NCBI GenBank assembly: GCA_050250895.1
Contig: JBFWNU010000003.1
Location: forward strand, 459,302-523,301
Length of the DNA stretch: 64,000 bases
Reading direction: 5' to 3'
DNA from: Vulcanimicrobiota bacterium
Lineage (GTDB): Bacteria > Vulcanimicrobiota > Xenobia > Xenobiales > JADMJV01
Shown here: positions 1-9,608 of the stretch, piece by piece
Position numbering within the stretch: the first letter of the stretch is position 1
Layout: each line of letters opens with the position of its first letter
Program-made: the position numbers and the translations under genes
The notes under the pieces: generated by a model
Told to the model about the DNA's origin: nothing
What the model saw: the letters and a program-made list of their open reading frames with translations, nothing else
Databases searched by the model: none

Positions 1-2
1 GC

Positions 3-392
3 AACACCCTTGGAAACACTGACCTGACCGAGGCCAACCACCTCAACCGCTACCTCTACGAACAATGCTCCTATCGGTCTGGACCGGTTTATCTCGAAGA
101 TTTCATTCTTTCCAAGACGGTGCTGAGCACGACATACACCAGCGCCCCCCTGAATCTGGTCAGCCGACTCGGCCTCGATACGCGGCAATGGCGGCGAGAC
201 GGCGGAGTGTTTGTGCTCAGGTCTTGTTTGATGACACCGTTTCTGACCTCGAGCCAAAGCTTCGAAGAATACCAGGCCAAGCTTTTCGCGGCCCTGGCGG
301 CCCAGCTGGCAAAATATCGGGGGTCGGCGGGTGCTCAGGCATCTTGTAGCTCGGAGACGGACAGTCGGTTGCGTTTGGATCGGACATCGTAA
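3..392 (+). CDS. 3' end of a PLP-dependent (group II) decarboxylase, tyrosine decarboxylase-like; 5'-truncated by the window edge
   Basis: The frame is open from position 3: NTDLTEANHLNRYLYEQCSYRSGPVYLEDFILSKT...LGLDTRQWRRDGGVFVLRSCLMTPFL...FEEYQAKLFAAL. This resembles the C-terminus of enterococcal TyrDC as I recall it. The active site lies outside the window. Confidence 0.7.
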   Translation, partial: NTLGNTDLTEANHLNRYLYEQCSYRSGPVYLEDFILSKTVLSTTYTSAPLNLVSRLGLDTRQWRRDGGVFVLRSCLMTPFLTSSQSFEEYQAKLFAALAAQLAKYRGSAGAQASCSSETDSRLRLDRTS

Positions 393-661
393 CGAGGAGC
401 CGGAGGAGCGCCGGGAACATGCTCGATGACGAAGTCAGCGACGAAGGAGACTCCGACTTGTGCATCGCGTGGAGCGGTCTCTTTTCCGATGCAAAATTCC
501 GAGTGCGAGCTAAGAAATCGGCACGACCAGAGCCCCTGGCGCTTGAACTCGCCCACTATCTCGACACGTCGCCGAAAACAATCCACGATGGGTTGTGGCA
601 TTACAGTCTCCTCATTTCTTTTCGACACGCGGATTTCCTCGTGGGGCCGCTGACTTCAAGC

Positions 662-2443
662 TCAGGTCGTGACCCTTTCGAGCCAACCAGCATCTCGCTT
701 CAAATCGTCGTGCAGTTTGGTTCGATAAGCCGTCACCAGGTTTCGCCTTTCGAGCAGTCCCAAAAGCCTGTCCGGGGCTGAAGCCGTAACCACGGGAAAG
801 CAGCCCACATCCCTTTCCAGAATTCGGCGCATCACGTCGCGTATCGATTCGTGAGGAAAGGCGACAAAAAGTTGGCGGCTGCCTATTTCGGCTACCGGGA
901 GGTCCAGGTTCGATGGGTTGGCCAGGGCTCTCAAGACATCGCCCCGACTCAGGACGGCTACTAGCTTTCGATGTTCGTCAACGACCGGGGCCAGCGATTG
1001 TCTTTCCCATAATGGGTGCCCAAGGGTTTGGCGCAATGGCGTCTCGGCCAGAAGAACCTCCACTTCTTCGTCCATCATCTCCTCCACCTTCGCATGTCGC
1101 CAAACATCTGGCTCATAGTCGTGCGAGATACGCAGGCCGCGCCGAGCCAGTTTCTCGGTCATGATCGAATTGCGCAAGTAAACCAGAGCCACCCCATCGG
1201 CAATCACGCTGGTCAGCATCAGGGGCAACACGGCATTGTAGTTTCGAGTGATCTCGAAGGCGAAGACGAAGAACGCGAACGTCGACCTGGATGCCGCGCC
1301 GAATACAGCCGCCATGGCGGCCAGTGCGTATGCCCCGGGGGAAAGATGCAGCCAGGGGAACAGGTGGTTCATGCCCGTGGCGTAGAGCGAACCCATGGCC
1401 GCGCTGCCCATAAAGGTCGGCGCTAGCAGACCCCCCGATGTCCCCGAGCCTAGAGTGATCAGCATGGCGGCCAATTTGCCCACCATGATGGCGAGCAGCA
1501 AGCCCACCGTAAGGTTGTCGTTGAGGATGTCCGTGATGGTCTGATAGCCCACCCCCAACACTCGAGGCACGAACCAACCGATGACACCCAGAATCAATCC
1601 GCCCAGGGCGGGCCACCACATCGGGTCAAAGGGCAACCTTTCGAACCCATCCTCAATCCAGTAAAGGGAGCGGGTAATGAACACGGCCAGGAGCCCCGAC
1701 AGTATTCCGAGACCGAGGTAGAACGGCAATTGTTCGGGTAACCCAAACGATGTCTCGCCGACTTCGAACAAAGGACCCCGGCCAAAAAGTAGCAGATGAA
1801 CATTGGTGGCCAGGGTGCTGGCCACCACCAGCGGGATGAAAGAACGAGATTTGAACTCGAAGAGCAACAGCTCGATAGCCACGATAACGGCTGCGATTGG
1901 TGTGCTAAATGTGGCCGCCATTCCAGCCGCGGCCCCGCAGGCTAACAGGACTTTGCGTTCGCTGGCGGTGGTGGTCAGGACCTGACCAACCAATGAGCCC
2001 ACGGCGCCACCGGTTTGAATGATGGGGCCTTCGGCACCGAACGGACCCCCACTTCCGATGGCTAATGCCGCAGACAAGGGTTTCCAAACAGCTACCTTGG
2101 GAGCGATCCGACTCTTACCCACGCTGACCGCCTCCATGGCCTCAGGAATGCCATGTCCGCGGATTTGAGGCACAAAGCGTGCGATGTAACCCACAACCAG
2201 GCCGCCTGCCGCAGGCACCAGTGGTAACCAGAGGCCCAGGGGATTGGTCTCGAACGAAGGCAAGACGCCCGAAACTTTGTGATAGAAAAAGAGGTTCGTC
2301 AGCACCGCGATCAGCTTCAAGAGCAGAAAAGCGACCGAGCCCGCTACGATGCCGATAACGGCCGCGAGCGCCGAAATCAGCAACAGCCGAAAGTCCGGGT
2401 CGGGCCCTGAGGCCCACGGCGCACGATTTCTAAAGTCAAGCAT
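662..2443 (-). CDS. CLC-family chloride channel / Cl-/H+ antiporter with C-terminal CBS pair
   Basis: CLC signatures GHGIPE, GAEGP and GGLLAP, many TM helices and a CBS-like soluble tail. RBS GGAGG upstream. Confidence 0.93.
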   Translation of the reverse strand: MLDFRNRAPWASGPDPDFRLLLISALAAVIGIVAGSVAFLLLKLIAVLTNLFFYHKVSGVLPSFETNPLGLWLPLVPAAGGLVVGYIARFVPQIRGHGIPEAMEAVSVGKSRIAPKVAVWKPLSAALAIGSGGPFGAEGPIIQTGGAVGSLVGQVLTTTASERKVLLACGAAAGMAATFSTPIAAVIVAIELLLFEFKSRSFIPLVVASTLATNVHLLLFGRGPLFEVGETSFGLPEQLPFYLGLGILSGLLAVFITRSLYWIEDGFERLPFDPMWWPALGGLILGVIGWFVPRVLGVGYQTITDILNDNLTVGLLLAIMVGKLAAMLITLGSGTSGGLLAPTFMGSAAMGSLYATGMNHLFPWLHLSPGAYALAAMAAVFGAASRSTFAFFVFAFEITRNYNAVLPLMLTSVIADGVALVYLRNSIMTEKLARRGLRISHDYEPDVWRHAKVEEMMDEEVEVLLAETPLRQTLGHPLWERQSLAPVVDEHRKLVAVLSRGDVLRALANPSNLDLPVAEIGSRQLFVAFPHESIRDVMRRILERDVGCFPVVTASAPDRLLGLLERRNLVTAYRTKLHDDLKRDAGWLERVTT

Positions 2444-2471
2444 CGTCCCTCCAGGAGAAGATGCTCTACTT

Positions 2472-2490
2472 TATATCGTAGTACGACACA
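2472..2490. promoter_or_regulatory. Imperfect palindrome upstream of the CLC gene, putative repressor operator
   Basis: TATATCGTA-G-TACGACACA with a perfect TCGTA/TACGA core, in an AT-rich stretch about 30 nt upstream of the CLC start. Confidence 0.45.
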
Positions 2491-2515
2491 ATATTCAAGG
2501 CCCCCCTGTAGCTCG

Positions 2516-2887
2516 TCACCTCTTTCCACCGATGAGCAAGAGCAGCAAGGATTCTTGCAAAGCCTCGACTTCGTGTTCCAGTTGGCTAGAGAAGACCCCG
2601 CTTTCCAGTGGCCCTAGTTCGCGGCGTTCAAGAACCGAGGCGAAATTGATGCACCCCTCCAGCACCACGACGGTGGCCGTGGCCGGGGCGTGGTGCTCCT
2701 TTAAGCACGCACCTTCGTTCAAGGCCATCAACACCATGCTGAGAGCGGTGCTTTTCACCAAACTGCGCGAACTCTTGCCGGTTCTTGCATAGGCCGTGTC
2801 GGCGCGCAGCTCGCACGCAATCTGGAGAAAGGAGTAGGCGGCAAAGAAGGTGTCGTCGGGATTGATGGGGCGATTCTGGTCGGTCAA
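2516..2887 (-). CDS. Cupin-domain protein
   Basis: LKEHHAPATATVVVLEG...HEVEALQESLLLL cupin motifs; 123 aa. Confidence 0.8.
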   Translation of the reverse strand: MTDQNRPINPDDTFFAAYSFLQIACELRADTAYARTGKSSRSLVKSTALSMVLMALNEGACLKEHHAPATATVVVLEGCINFASVLERRELGPLESGVFSSQLEHEVEALQESLLLLLIGGKR

Positions 2888-3036
2888 TGTGGAACTCCTT
2901 CATCTTGGGATCGATGCAACAAGGGCATCGGTCCCAATCTTCCGAATGATTGGGGATAGGTGTGTCTTTTATCTAGATTAATACTGGAAGTCGGGCCGAA
3001 GGTCAAGCCCGTAACCTACGCTCACGGAGGAGTCTC

Positions 3037-4185
3037 ATGCGGCCAGAACCCGATTGGCATCCCTTCTCTCCTGAAGTGATGAGAAACCCGCTCGATGCTT
3101 ATGATGACCTGCGCTTAAGGTGCCCGGTGGCTTATAGCCCAGAGCTCGGCTGGTCGTTTTTGCGCCACCAAGATGTTCGAAACGCTGCGCTAAGCCCCCA
3201 CGTTTTTAGCAGTGTCGTCTCCTCATATCCAGCCATTCCGAGTGGCATGGATCCGCCACGGCACGGTCGCTATCGAAGATTGGTCGAGGGCTATTTTACC
3301 CCCCACGCGATCGCGTCATTCGAGGCCGACTGCCGCCGATTAGCCAGCCAACTCGTGCAACAGTTGCCCAGGCGGGTGACGGTGGACATCATGGCCGCGC
3401 TGGCACATCCCTTCACTCTACAGGCTCAATGTGCTTTTGTGGGCTGGCCACTTGAAGTAGCGAGAATCCTAGGTGGCTGGCTGGCCAGAAGCCAGCAGGC
3501 AACCTTGGCCGGGGACCGGGAGGCCACGACGTGTCTGGCCCGAGAGTTCGAGTCTCTGGTGGACGCGCAGCTAGAAGAACGACGCGCGGCCGGCTCACGA
3601 GCCCCGGACGACCCCACTACACGCTTGCTCCGAGAGGCCATCGACGGCCGCCCCCTGTCGCTTGAGGAACTCACCAGCATTCTTCGCAACTGGACGGCCG
3701 GAGAGTTGGCGACGCTCGCCGCGGCCATCGGTATCCTGGTAGAGTTTCTTGCTCGAAGGAACGATTTGTGCAACCAGTTGCGCCGAGCCCCAGAACAACT
3801 GCCACTCTTCATCGAGGAGGTTTTGAGGCTGCATGGACCCCTCGTCTGCAATCGGAGAAAGCTTCTCCAAGACGCTGTCATCAGGGGGCGCAGGTTGCGA
3901 GCCGGCGAGCGCGTTACCCTGATGTGGAGCGCAGCCAATCGGGACGAGACAGCCTTCGAGGCGTCCCGGGAATTTCGATTGGCTCGCGAACAAAGCGCTA
4001 ACTTGCTGTGGGGGGCCGGCATTCACATCTGTCCCGGCGCGGCGCTGGCTAAAATGGAGCTGAGCGTCGTTCTGGAATGCTTGTTGTCCAACCTTTCTGA
4101 TTGGCGGTTGTGCGGCAGCGCGCCTCCGTCTCCGGCAACTTATCCGGCCGCAGGATTCGCCAGTCTGCCGCTCTACATCGAGTGA
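3037..4185 (+). CDS. Cytochrome P450
   Basis: DPPRHGRYR, EEVLR (ExxR) and the heme-binding WGAGIHICPG motif. RBS GGAGGAG. Confidence 0.95.
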   Translation: MRPEPDWHPFSPEVMRNPLDAYDDLRLRCPVAYSPELGWSFLRHQDVRNAALSPHVFSSVVSSYPAIPSGMDPPRHGRYRRLVEGYFTPHAIASFEADCRRLASQLVQQLPRRVTVDIMAALAHPFTLQAQCAFVGWPLEVARILGGWLARSQQATLAGDREATTCLAREFESLVDAQLEERRAAGSRAPDDPTTRLLREAIDGRPLSLEELTSILRNWTAGELATLAAAIGILVEFLARRNDLCNQLRRAPEQLPLFIEEVLRLHGPLVCNRRKLLQDAVIRGRRLRAGERVTLMWSAANRDETAFEASREFRLAREQSANLLWGAGIHICPGAALAKMELSVVLECLLSNLSDWRLCGSAPPSPATYPAAGFASLPLYIE

Positions 4186-4198
4186 AGGAGGCAAGCGG

Positions 4199-4240
4199 TT
4201 GACACAGATCAATGGCTCGGGTAGGCCTAAGAGCGACGAT
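4199..4240 (+). promoter_or_regulatory. FNR/DNR-type box (TTGACACAGATCAA, 4199-4212) with putative -10 GACGAT
   Basis: Matches TTGAY-N4-RTCAA. The box centre is 41.5 nt before the ATG at 4247. Confidence 0.75.
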
Positions 4241-4246
4241 GCTCCT

Positions 4247-5407
4247 ATGGAACCGAAGGCCGGCCACCTTTTTTTTGCGCCCCATCGCGCTTTCATCGGT
4301 ACCTCTTTATGCCTGGCCGCTGGGGCCGGCACGCCTCTCGGGTTGTGGATGGCTCTGGTTTGGGCTGGGTGGGCCACGACCGACCGCTTCTCGTCGCTTT
4401 TGGCAGCTCACGGCCAACTTCAGGTTTATGGGTTTGTGTGCCTCTACACTATGGGAGTGGCCATGATGGTTCTGCCAGGCACACTCAAGGCGACCCTTCA
4501 ACCTCGATGGCTTGCGTTTGCCAGCCTGGTTCTGATGCTCACCGGCATTGCCGCGAATTCAGCCTCGCCCAACCTTCTGGGCGCCGCGCTCGAGTCCGGG
4601 TCGGTAATCGCCTATCTTTTCGTGCTCGGTCGAACTCGTCGGTCGGCCAAATCCACCGCCAGCACCGATACTTTGTCCCGCCAGCATGCCTTCTTCCTGG
4701 CCACGGGCTCGCTCTGGCTGTTGGCCTGCCCCTGGTTGGCTCTGCTGGATTCGACTCGAGCTCTTGAGACCGTGTTGTGGGGATTCGCGGGCCTTCACAT
4801 CGCCGGCATCGGCCTGAGGATCCACCCGTCTCTGCTAGGGATCAAAGGCATTCAAAAACAGTGGTTACTTCCATCCGCCGTCTGCTGGAATGTCGGCCTC
4901 CTGCTCTTCTGGCTGGGGCCTGAGGGCTTGTGGTCGTGGTTCTTGGCGCTGGGGGTCGGATGCTTTCTATGGGCCCTTCGCCCTTTTCGCCGACCGCGCA
5001 TCGGGCCTGGTGGTGGGGCCTGGGTGCGTTACTACATCCAAACTTCGTATCTCGGCCTCTTCCTGGCTGTCTGTTTCACTTGCGCCACCGCCAGTGGGTA
5101 TCCCACCCTGGCCGGAGCGGCACGCCATCTGCTGGCCACCGGGTTCGTGATCATGATGATGGTAGGGATGGGTCTGAGAATGATACCTGCCTACGAGACG
5201 CGACGCTTGCCTTGGCGCTCGGGGCCCTGGGCAATCTATTTTATCCTCGTCCTGGGGACGGCCGTCCGCGTGACCACCCAGGCCTTTTATTCCTTCACCT
5301 GGCTGGCCGTTGGGGCGGTCCTTCAGACGGTGGCCATCGTGCTCTTCGCCTGCCTGACCTTGGGAATGTATGCTTTTGGACAAACCGTGGTTTGCGAACA
5401 GGGTTGA
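4247..5407 (+). CDS. NnrS-like polytopic membrane protein
   Basis: About 12 hydrophobic segments, with HGQLQVYGF and ARHLLATGF His motifs as in NnrS-like heme/copper membrane proteins. Start moved to ATG 4247 because the track's TTG 4199 lies inside the box. Confidence 0.6.
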   Translation: MEPKAGHLFFAPHRAFIGTSLCLAAGAGTPLGLWMALVWAGWATTDRFSSLLAAHGQLQVYGFVCLYTMGVAMMVLPGTLKATLQPRWLAFASLVLMLTGIAANSASPNLLGAALESGSVIAYLFVLGRTRRSAKSTASTDTLSRQHAFFLATGSLWLLACPWLALLDSTRALETVLWGFAGLHIAGIGLRIHPSLLGIKGIQKQWLLPSAVCWNVGLLLFWLGPEGLWSWFLALGVGCFLWALRPFRRPRIGPGGGAWVRYYIQTSYLGLFLAVCFTCATASGYPTLAGAARHLLATGFVIMMMVGMGLRMIPAYETRRLPWRSGPWAIYFILVLGTAVRVTTQAFYSFTWLAVGAVLQTVAIVLFACLTLGMYAFGQTVVCEQG

Positions 5408-5445
5408 TTTATGTCAATGGGATCTCATCAGCAAGGCTCTAGAAT
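5404..5445 (+). promoter_or_regulatory. FNR/DNR-type box (TTGATTTATGTCAA, 5404-5417) with -10 TAGAAT (5440-5445)
   Basis: The 22-nt box-to-(-10) spacing is identical to that at the nirK promoter. Confidence 0.8.
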
Positions 5446-5496
5446 CTGCCAGGAACCCGGGCCGAGCCTACAAAAGCAGGCTGAGAGGAGGCCGTG

Positions 5497-8064
5497 ATGG
5501 TCAAAAGATGGCTGTGTCTTTGTCTTGTACTTTGGACGACTGGCGCCGGGGCGGCCCCACTCTTTCCCGACGTTTCCGACGCCCATTGGGCCAGCGACGC
5601 GGTTGCCGCCCTGGCCTCCAAAGGTCTGGTGGAGGGCTATCCCGATGGCACCTTCAAGGGCGACCGGGCGGCCTCGCGCTGGGAGGTGGCCATGGTGGTT
5701 GCTCGTCTGCTCGCCAAGATGGAGCAGCAACATCAGACCTTCGCCAGCAAAGCCGAACTCGATCAGATCCGCCAACTGGCCCTGGCCTTGCGCGAAGAAC
5801 TCGACGCTCTCGGGGTGCGGGTGACCAATCTAGAGGAGAAGGTGGGCCGGCTCGATCGGCGGGTGAGCGAACTCGAGCGCATCACCTTCTATGGTTCGGT
5901 GGATGCGCGCTATGTCGGTCAAACCTTCAGCAACGCGGGCATCGGCGACAACGACGACCTGCGCAATGGAGGCGGCAACGCCTCGAACGTGCCCTTTCTC
6001 AACTATCACACCGTGGTGGGAACGGGGCTGGCGGCCACCCGCCGACCTCAGCTGCAGGGTCTGATTCCGGTGGTGGACTTCAAGCAGGGCAAAGCCCTGA
6101 CGAACGGCAGCAGCTTTACCATGCGGACCACCCTCGGCCTCAACCTCAGGGTCAGCGACGACCTCGACGCCGGCGCTGAATTCTCGGCCTTTGCCAGCCA
6201 GGGCGACACTTTCGTGGATGCCTACTGGGGCGTGTCGGCTCCCTGGCTTTCCAACCTGTTCACCGCCAACGCAACCGCCGGGGCCGGCACCCAACCCCTC
6301 AACCACGTACCCTACACCCGGATGAACCTGGACAAGTTCTGGGTTTATCACAAACCTTCCAAGACCCGACTTACCCTGGGAGAGATCGTGAAGTCTCGGA
6401 TGGACGCTCTGGTCTATGCCGGACAACCGAACCTGGGCGTCTACGGCCCCCGGCGCTGGGCCGGATATGGCTTCGACCTGCAAGGGCAGATCGACCTGAC
6501 CGAGCCAGACCGCCTCGAGTGGGAACTGTTGGGGACGCGCTTTGGCAATGGCAACACCTTTCTCGGCACCAACTACGAGAACTATGTGCTGGCCGGCAAT
6601 CTGGCCTATCATTTTCACCAGGACGCCGGCAAGATTCAGCTCAATTACGCTCGAGTGGCGGAAGAAGCGGCCGCCGGCAGCGCTCTGCTGGTGGGTCTGG
6701 GCGGAGCGGGAATGAACGTCGCTTACGGCGCCTCGCCCGGTTGGAGCATCCGCCAGTGGGTCAACCCGCCCGGCTACTTCGCCGGTCAGCGAAGCCTGTT
6801 CGAGCAACTCAATAGCGGGCAACTGGCGGGAGGCGTGCTGGTCCCGAACACGGTGGATCGCCGCCCCATTGCCGGCTGGAACGGGGCCGCCGACAACGCC
6901 ATCGGCCTGGCCAGCGGAGGTGGCAACTTTGGACCTCAATCCCAGGACACCTACGGCCTCACCGGTCGCTACCGCTGGGACTTCGGCGAGGCAGCCGAGG
7001 CGCCCAGCCTCACCGCCTTCGGCGAATGGGGCCACAGCCAGTATCGGCCCAACCGCAACTCACCCTACTCGGCCAGCGGCGATGGTCTGCGGGTGGGAGT
7101 GTCAGCCAATCTGCTGGACGACGCCCTCGAACTGGGACTCGAATACCTGTCCATCGACCCCGACTACAACCCCGCCGCCTGGCCCGGCACAGCTCTCGGG
7201 GCTCGTTTTCCCCGCACCATGAACTTCACCGGGGTCTGGCATCCCCACGACTTCGCCACCTATCCCCACAACCGAGAGGGCGTTCGTCTGGACGGCACCT
7301 GGAGGTTCGACCAGAAACGCGGCTCTCTGTGGGCCAAAGCCTCTTTCCTCGACCAGAAGCAGACCTCGCTCTATGATGTGCGGGTCTTGCCGGGCGGGGC
7401 TGGCAACGGTGCGCCGACCTTCGCGGTGCTCGGCTTCTCGCCAGGCTTCGTCGATCCCATCTTCTATGGCTATGCCCATCCCAATCTCTATGGAGCGGGT
7501 AGCGGCAACTCTTTCACCACCAACCTGCAGCCCCTGGAGGACCCTCGTGGCAGCGAGAACAGCTATTCTCTGGGAGCCTCCTACCACTGGACGGATCCCG
7601 GAGTCCGCTTGAGCGGTTCCTACGGATACAACGATTTCGTTCGGCGCACCTCGCTGTCACCCGGACTGGGGGGTGACCAGAATCACGTCGACATCGACGT
7701 CGATGTTTTCAACCTGGAAGCTCAATGGGACATCGACAAGCAGTGGAAACTCACGGGCGGACTGGATTACACCCGGTCGGCCGGCCATCTCGACCCGGGA
7801 GGCCTGTACCACTCCTACGCCGTGGCCACCAGCAGCAGCACCTTCGACAACCTCGACTCCACCCAGACCTCGCCCTACGTCAGTGTGGACTGGGCTATCA
7901 ACGACAAGAGCGACTGGAACCTCAGCCTGCGGCGCTACGACACCACGGACGGCATCGATCGCCAGGTGCGGGCGGGGACGGCGCTCGACGCCATCGGCGT
8001 GACCACCCATCCCTTCGAATGGGAAGGTTGGCAGGTGAGTTCAGAGTTTAGATTGCGCTTCTGA
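5497..8064 (+). CDS. SLH-domain outer-membrane beta-barrel protein (OmpM/SlpA-like)
   Basis: Signal peptide, SLH (FPDVSDAHWASDAV...GLVEGYPDGTFKGDRAASRWEVA), a coiled coil, an aromatic/Gly-rich beta region and a terminal Phe (EFRLRF). RBS AGGAGG. Confidence 0.85.
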   Translation: MVKRWLCLCLVLWTTGAGAAPLFPDVSDAHWASDAVAALASKGLVEGYPDGTFKGDRAASRWEVAMVVARLLAKMEQQHQTFASKAELDQIRQLALALREELDALGVRVTNLEEKVGRLDRRVSELERITFYGSVDARYVGQTFSNAGIGDNDDLRNGGGNASNVPFLNYHTVVGTGLAATRRPQLQGLIPVVDFKQGKALTNGSSFTMRTTLGLNLRVSDDLDAGAEFSAFASQGDTFVDAYWGVSAPWLSNLFTANATAGAGTQPLNHVPYTRMNLDKFWVYHKPSKTRLTLGEIVKSRMDALVYAGQPNLGVYGPRRWAGYGFDLQGQIDLTEPDRLEWELLGTRFGNGNTFLGTNYENYVLAGNLAYHFHQDAGKIQLNYARVAEEAAAGSALLVGLGGAGMNVAYGASPGWSIRQWVNPPGYFAGQRSLFEQLNSGQLAGGVLVPNTVDRRPIAGWNGAADNAIGLASGGGNFGPQSQDTYGLTGRYRWDFGEAAEAPSLTAFGEWGHSQYRPNRNSPYSASGDGLRVGVSANLLDDALELGLEYLSIDPDYNPAAWPGTALGARFPRTMNFTGVWHPHDFATYPHNREGVRLDGTWRFDQKRGSLWAKASFLDQKQTSLYDVRVLPGGAGNGAPTFAVLGFSPGFVDPIFYGYAHPNLYGAGSGNSFTTNLQPLEDPRGSENSYSLGASYHWTDPGVRLSGSYGYNDFVRRTSLSPGLGGDQNHVDIDVDVFNLEAQWDIDKQWKLTGGLDYTRSAGHLDPGGLYHSYAVATSSSTFDNLDSTQTSPYVSVDWAINDKSDWNLSLRRYDTTDGIDRQVRAGTALDAIGVTTHPFEWEGWQVSSEFRLRF

Positions 8065-9608
8065 TGGCTTCTCGTTCTCCGTTGGCCGCCCAGCTCGAGC
8101 GGCTGATGCGACCGCTCGATTGGCTCTTCAATCGGGTCTACACGTCTCGATGGAATCCTCTCTACCAAAGTGGAGCGCTGGCCCTATTTCTGGTCCTGCT
8201 CACCCTGGTGAGTGGGATCTACCTAATCTTTTGTTACAGCATCTCGGCTCCCTATGAATCGGTTTCCTCCATTCATCAGGCCTACCCTGGTGTCTGGATC
8301 CGCTCCCTGCATCGCTATGCCTCGGATCTCGCCGTGGTGGCAATAGTGTTCCACATCCTCAAGATGCTGACCACGGATCGTACTTGGGGACCGCGAATGA
8401 GAGCCTGGATGTCGGGCTGGGTCGTTTTTGGCGCCATGCTCGTCTGTGGCTGGACCGGTTTGGCCCTGATTTGGGATGAACAGGCTCAGCTACTGGTCCT
8501 GGAAGTGGTCCGCCTGCTCGATTGCCTCCCCTTCTTCCCCGAGCCTCTGGCGCGGCTTCTGGTTGGACCCGAGATGCCTCGGGGCTTCTTTTTCAGCCTC
8601 CTCTTTCTTCATGTAGCCGCCCCACTGGGATTGGGCGGTCTCTATCTTCTTCACGTCTCGTCGGTGGCCAGGCCTACTCACCAGCCACCCAGGCCGATTA
8701 GACTCTACACGTTTGCCTTGCTGGCAGTACTGGCTGCGCTCGTACCCGCTCCGCTCGGGCCTGCGGCCGACCTCTCGAAGCTCCCTGGTCGAGTCCCGGT
8801 CGACTTCTTCTACTCCGGCTGGCTGATCGTCAGCCCCTGGTTGACAGGCTGGGCGATGTGGGCGGCTTTGCTGCTGACCGCTCTGTTGGCCTTGAGTGTC
8901 CCCTGGTGGTGGAGACCCACTGGGGAGCCTCCCCAGGCCAGCTGGGTGGATTGGGAGAGCTGCACGGGATGCACTACCTGTTATTTGGATTGTCCTTACG
9001 AGGCGATCTCGATGGTCGAACGGACGGGTCCAACGGCGGATGAGCGTCACTCGAAGTACGTCGCCCTGGTGAACGCGGATGCTTGCGTCAGCTGCGGCAT
9101 CTGTTCTGGCTCGTGCGCCCCGATGGGGGTCGGCCCGCCCGACCGGACGGGTAAAGCCCAATTGCTCCATGTGAAGGGCTGGTTCGACGAGCATCGGCCC
9201 ATTGGCAAACTGGTGGTGGTGGCCTGCACCAAGTCGCCAACCCCTAGCCAGGGGGTTCTCTTCCCGGTTAGCTGTGCTGGGGCTGTCCACACTTCTGTTT
9301 TGGAGTATCTTCTTAAAAGAGGAGCCCTCGGGGTCTATCTACTTAGCTGCCCCCAGCGCGATTGCTGGAACCGTGAAGGTCCTCGTTGGGCCCATGAACG
9401 GATCTACAATCAGCGCGAGGCCGAACTGCAGGCCAGGGTAGATCGGCGGCGCATCGCCACCGGCGCCTTTGCCTTTACCGAGGCGAGACCGGCCCGGGCG
9501 GCCATCGATGCGTTCGCCGCTAGCCTCGCTCCGTTCGAGCGACCGCTCGCGACCGAGGAAGTGGCCATGCCCACGCCAGAATGCGAGGAGAAGCAGATCG
9601 ATGGCTAG
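8064..9608 (+). CDS. Fusion of di-heme cytochrome b, 2x[4Fe-4S] ferredoxin and MvhD/FlpD-like [2Fe-2S] domains
   Basis: Two H-x13-H pairs (RSLH...VFH; FLH...LLH); CTGCTTCYLDCP and CVSCGICSGSC; VACT...SCAG...LSCPQRDCWNREG. TGATG overlap with the upstream gene. Confidence 0.85.
   Translation: MASRSPLAAQLERLMRPLDWLFNRVYTSRWNPLYQSGALALFLVLLTLVSGIYLIFCYSISAPYESVSSIHQAYPGVWIRSLHRYASDLAVVAIVFHILKMLTTDRTWGPRMRAWMSGWVVFGAMLVCGWTGLALIWDEQAQLLVLEVVRLLDCLPFFPEPLARLLVGPEMPRGFFFSLLFLHVAAPLGLGGLYLLHVSSVARPTHQPPRPIRLYTFALLAVLAALVPAPLGPAADLSKLPGRVPVDFFYSGWLIVSPWLTGWAMWAALLLTALLALSVPWWWRPTGEPPQASWVDWESCTGCTTCYLDCPYEAISMVERTGPTADERHSKYVALVNADACVSCGICSGSCAPMGVGPPDRTGKAQLLHVKGWFDEHRPIGKLVVVACTKSPTPSQGVLFPVSCAGAVHTSVLEYLLKRGALGVYLLSCPQRDCWNREGPRWAHERIYNQREAELQARVDRRRIATGAFAFTEARPARAAIDAFAASLAPFERPLATEEVAMPTPECEEKQIDG

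Noticed and set aside
2968-2981. Tenth FNR/DNR box (TTTATCTAGATTAA)
   Set aside because: Both half-sites are mismatched at key positions and there is no -10 at the 22-nt spacing on either strand.
8064-9608. Ordinary bc1/b6f cytochrome b, or a hydrogenase subunit
   Set aside because: No PEWY motif, and no Rieske, cytochrome c1, hydrogenase or HdrA gene in the window.
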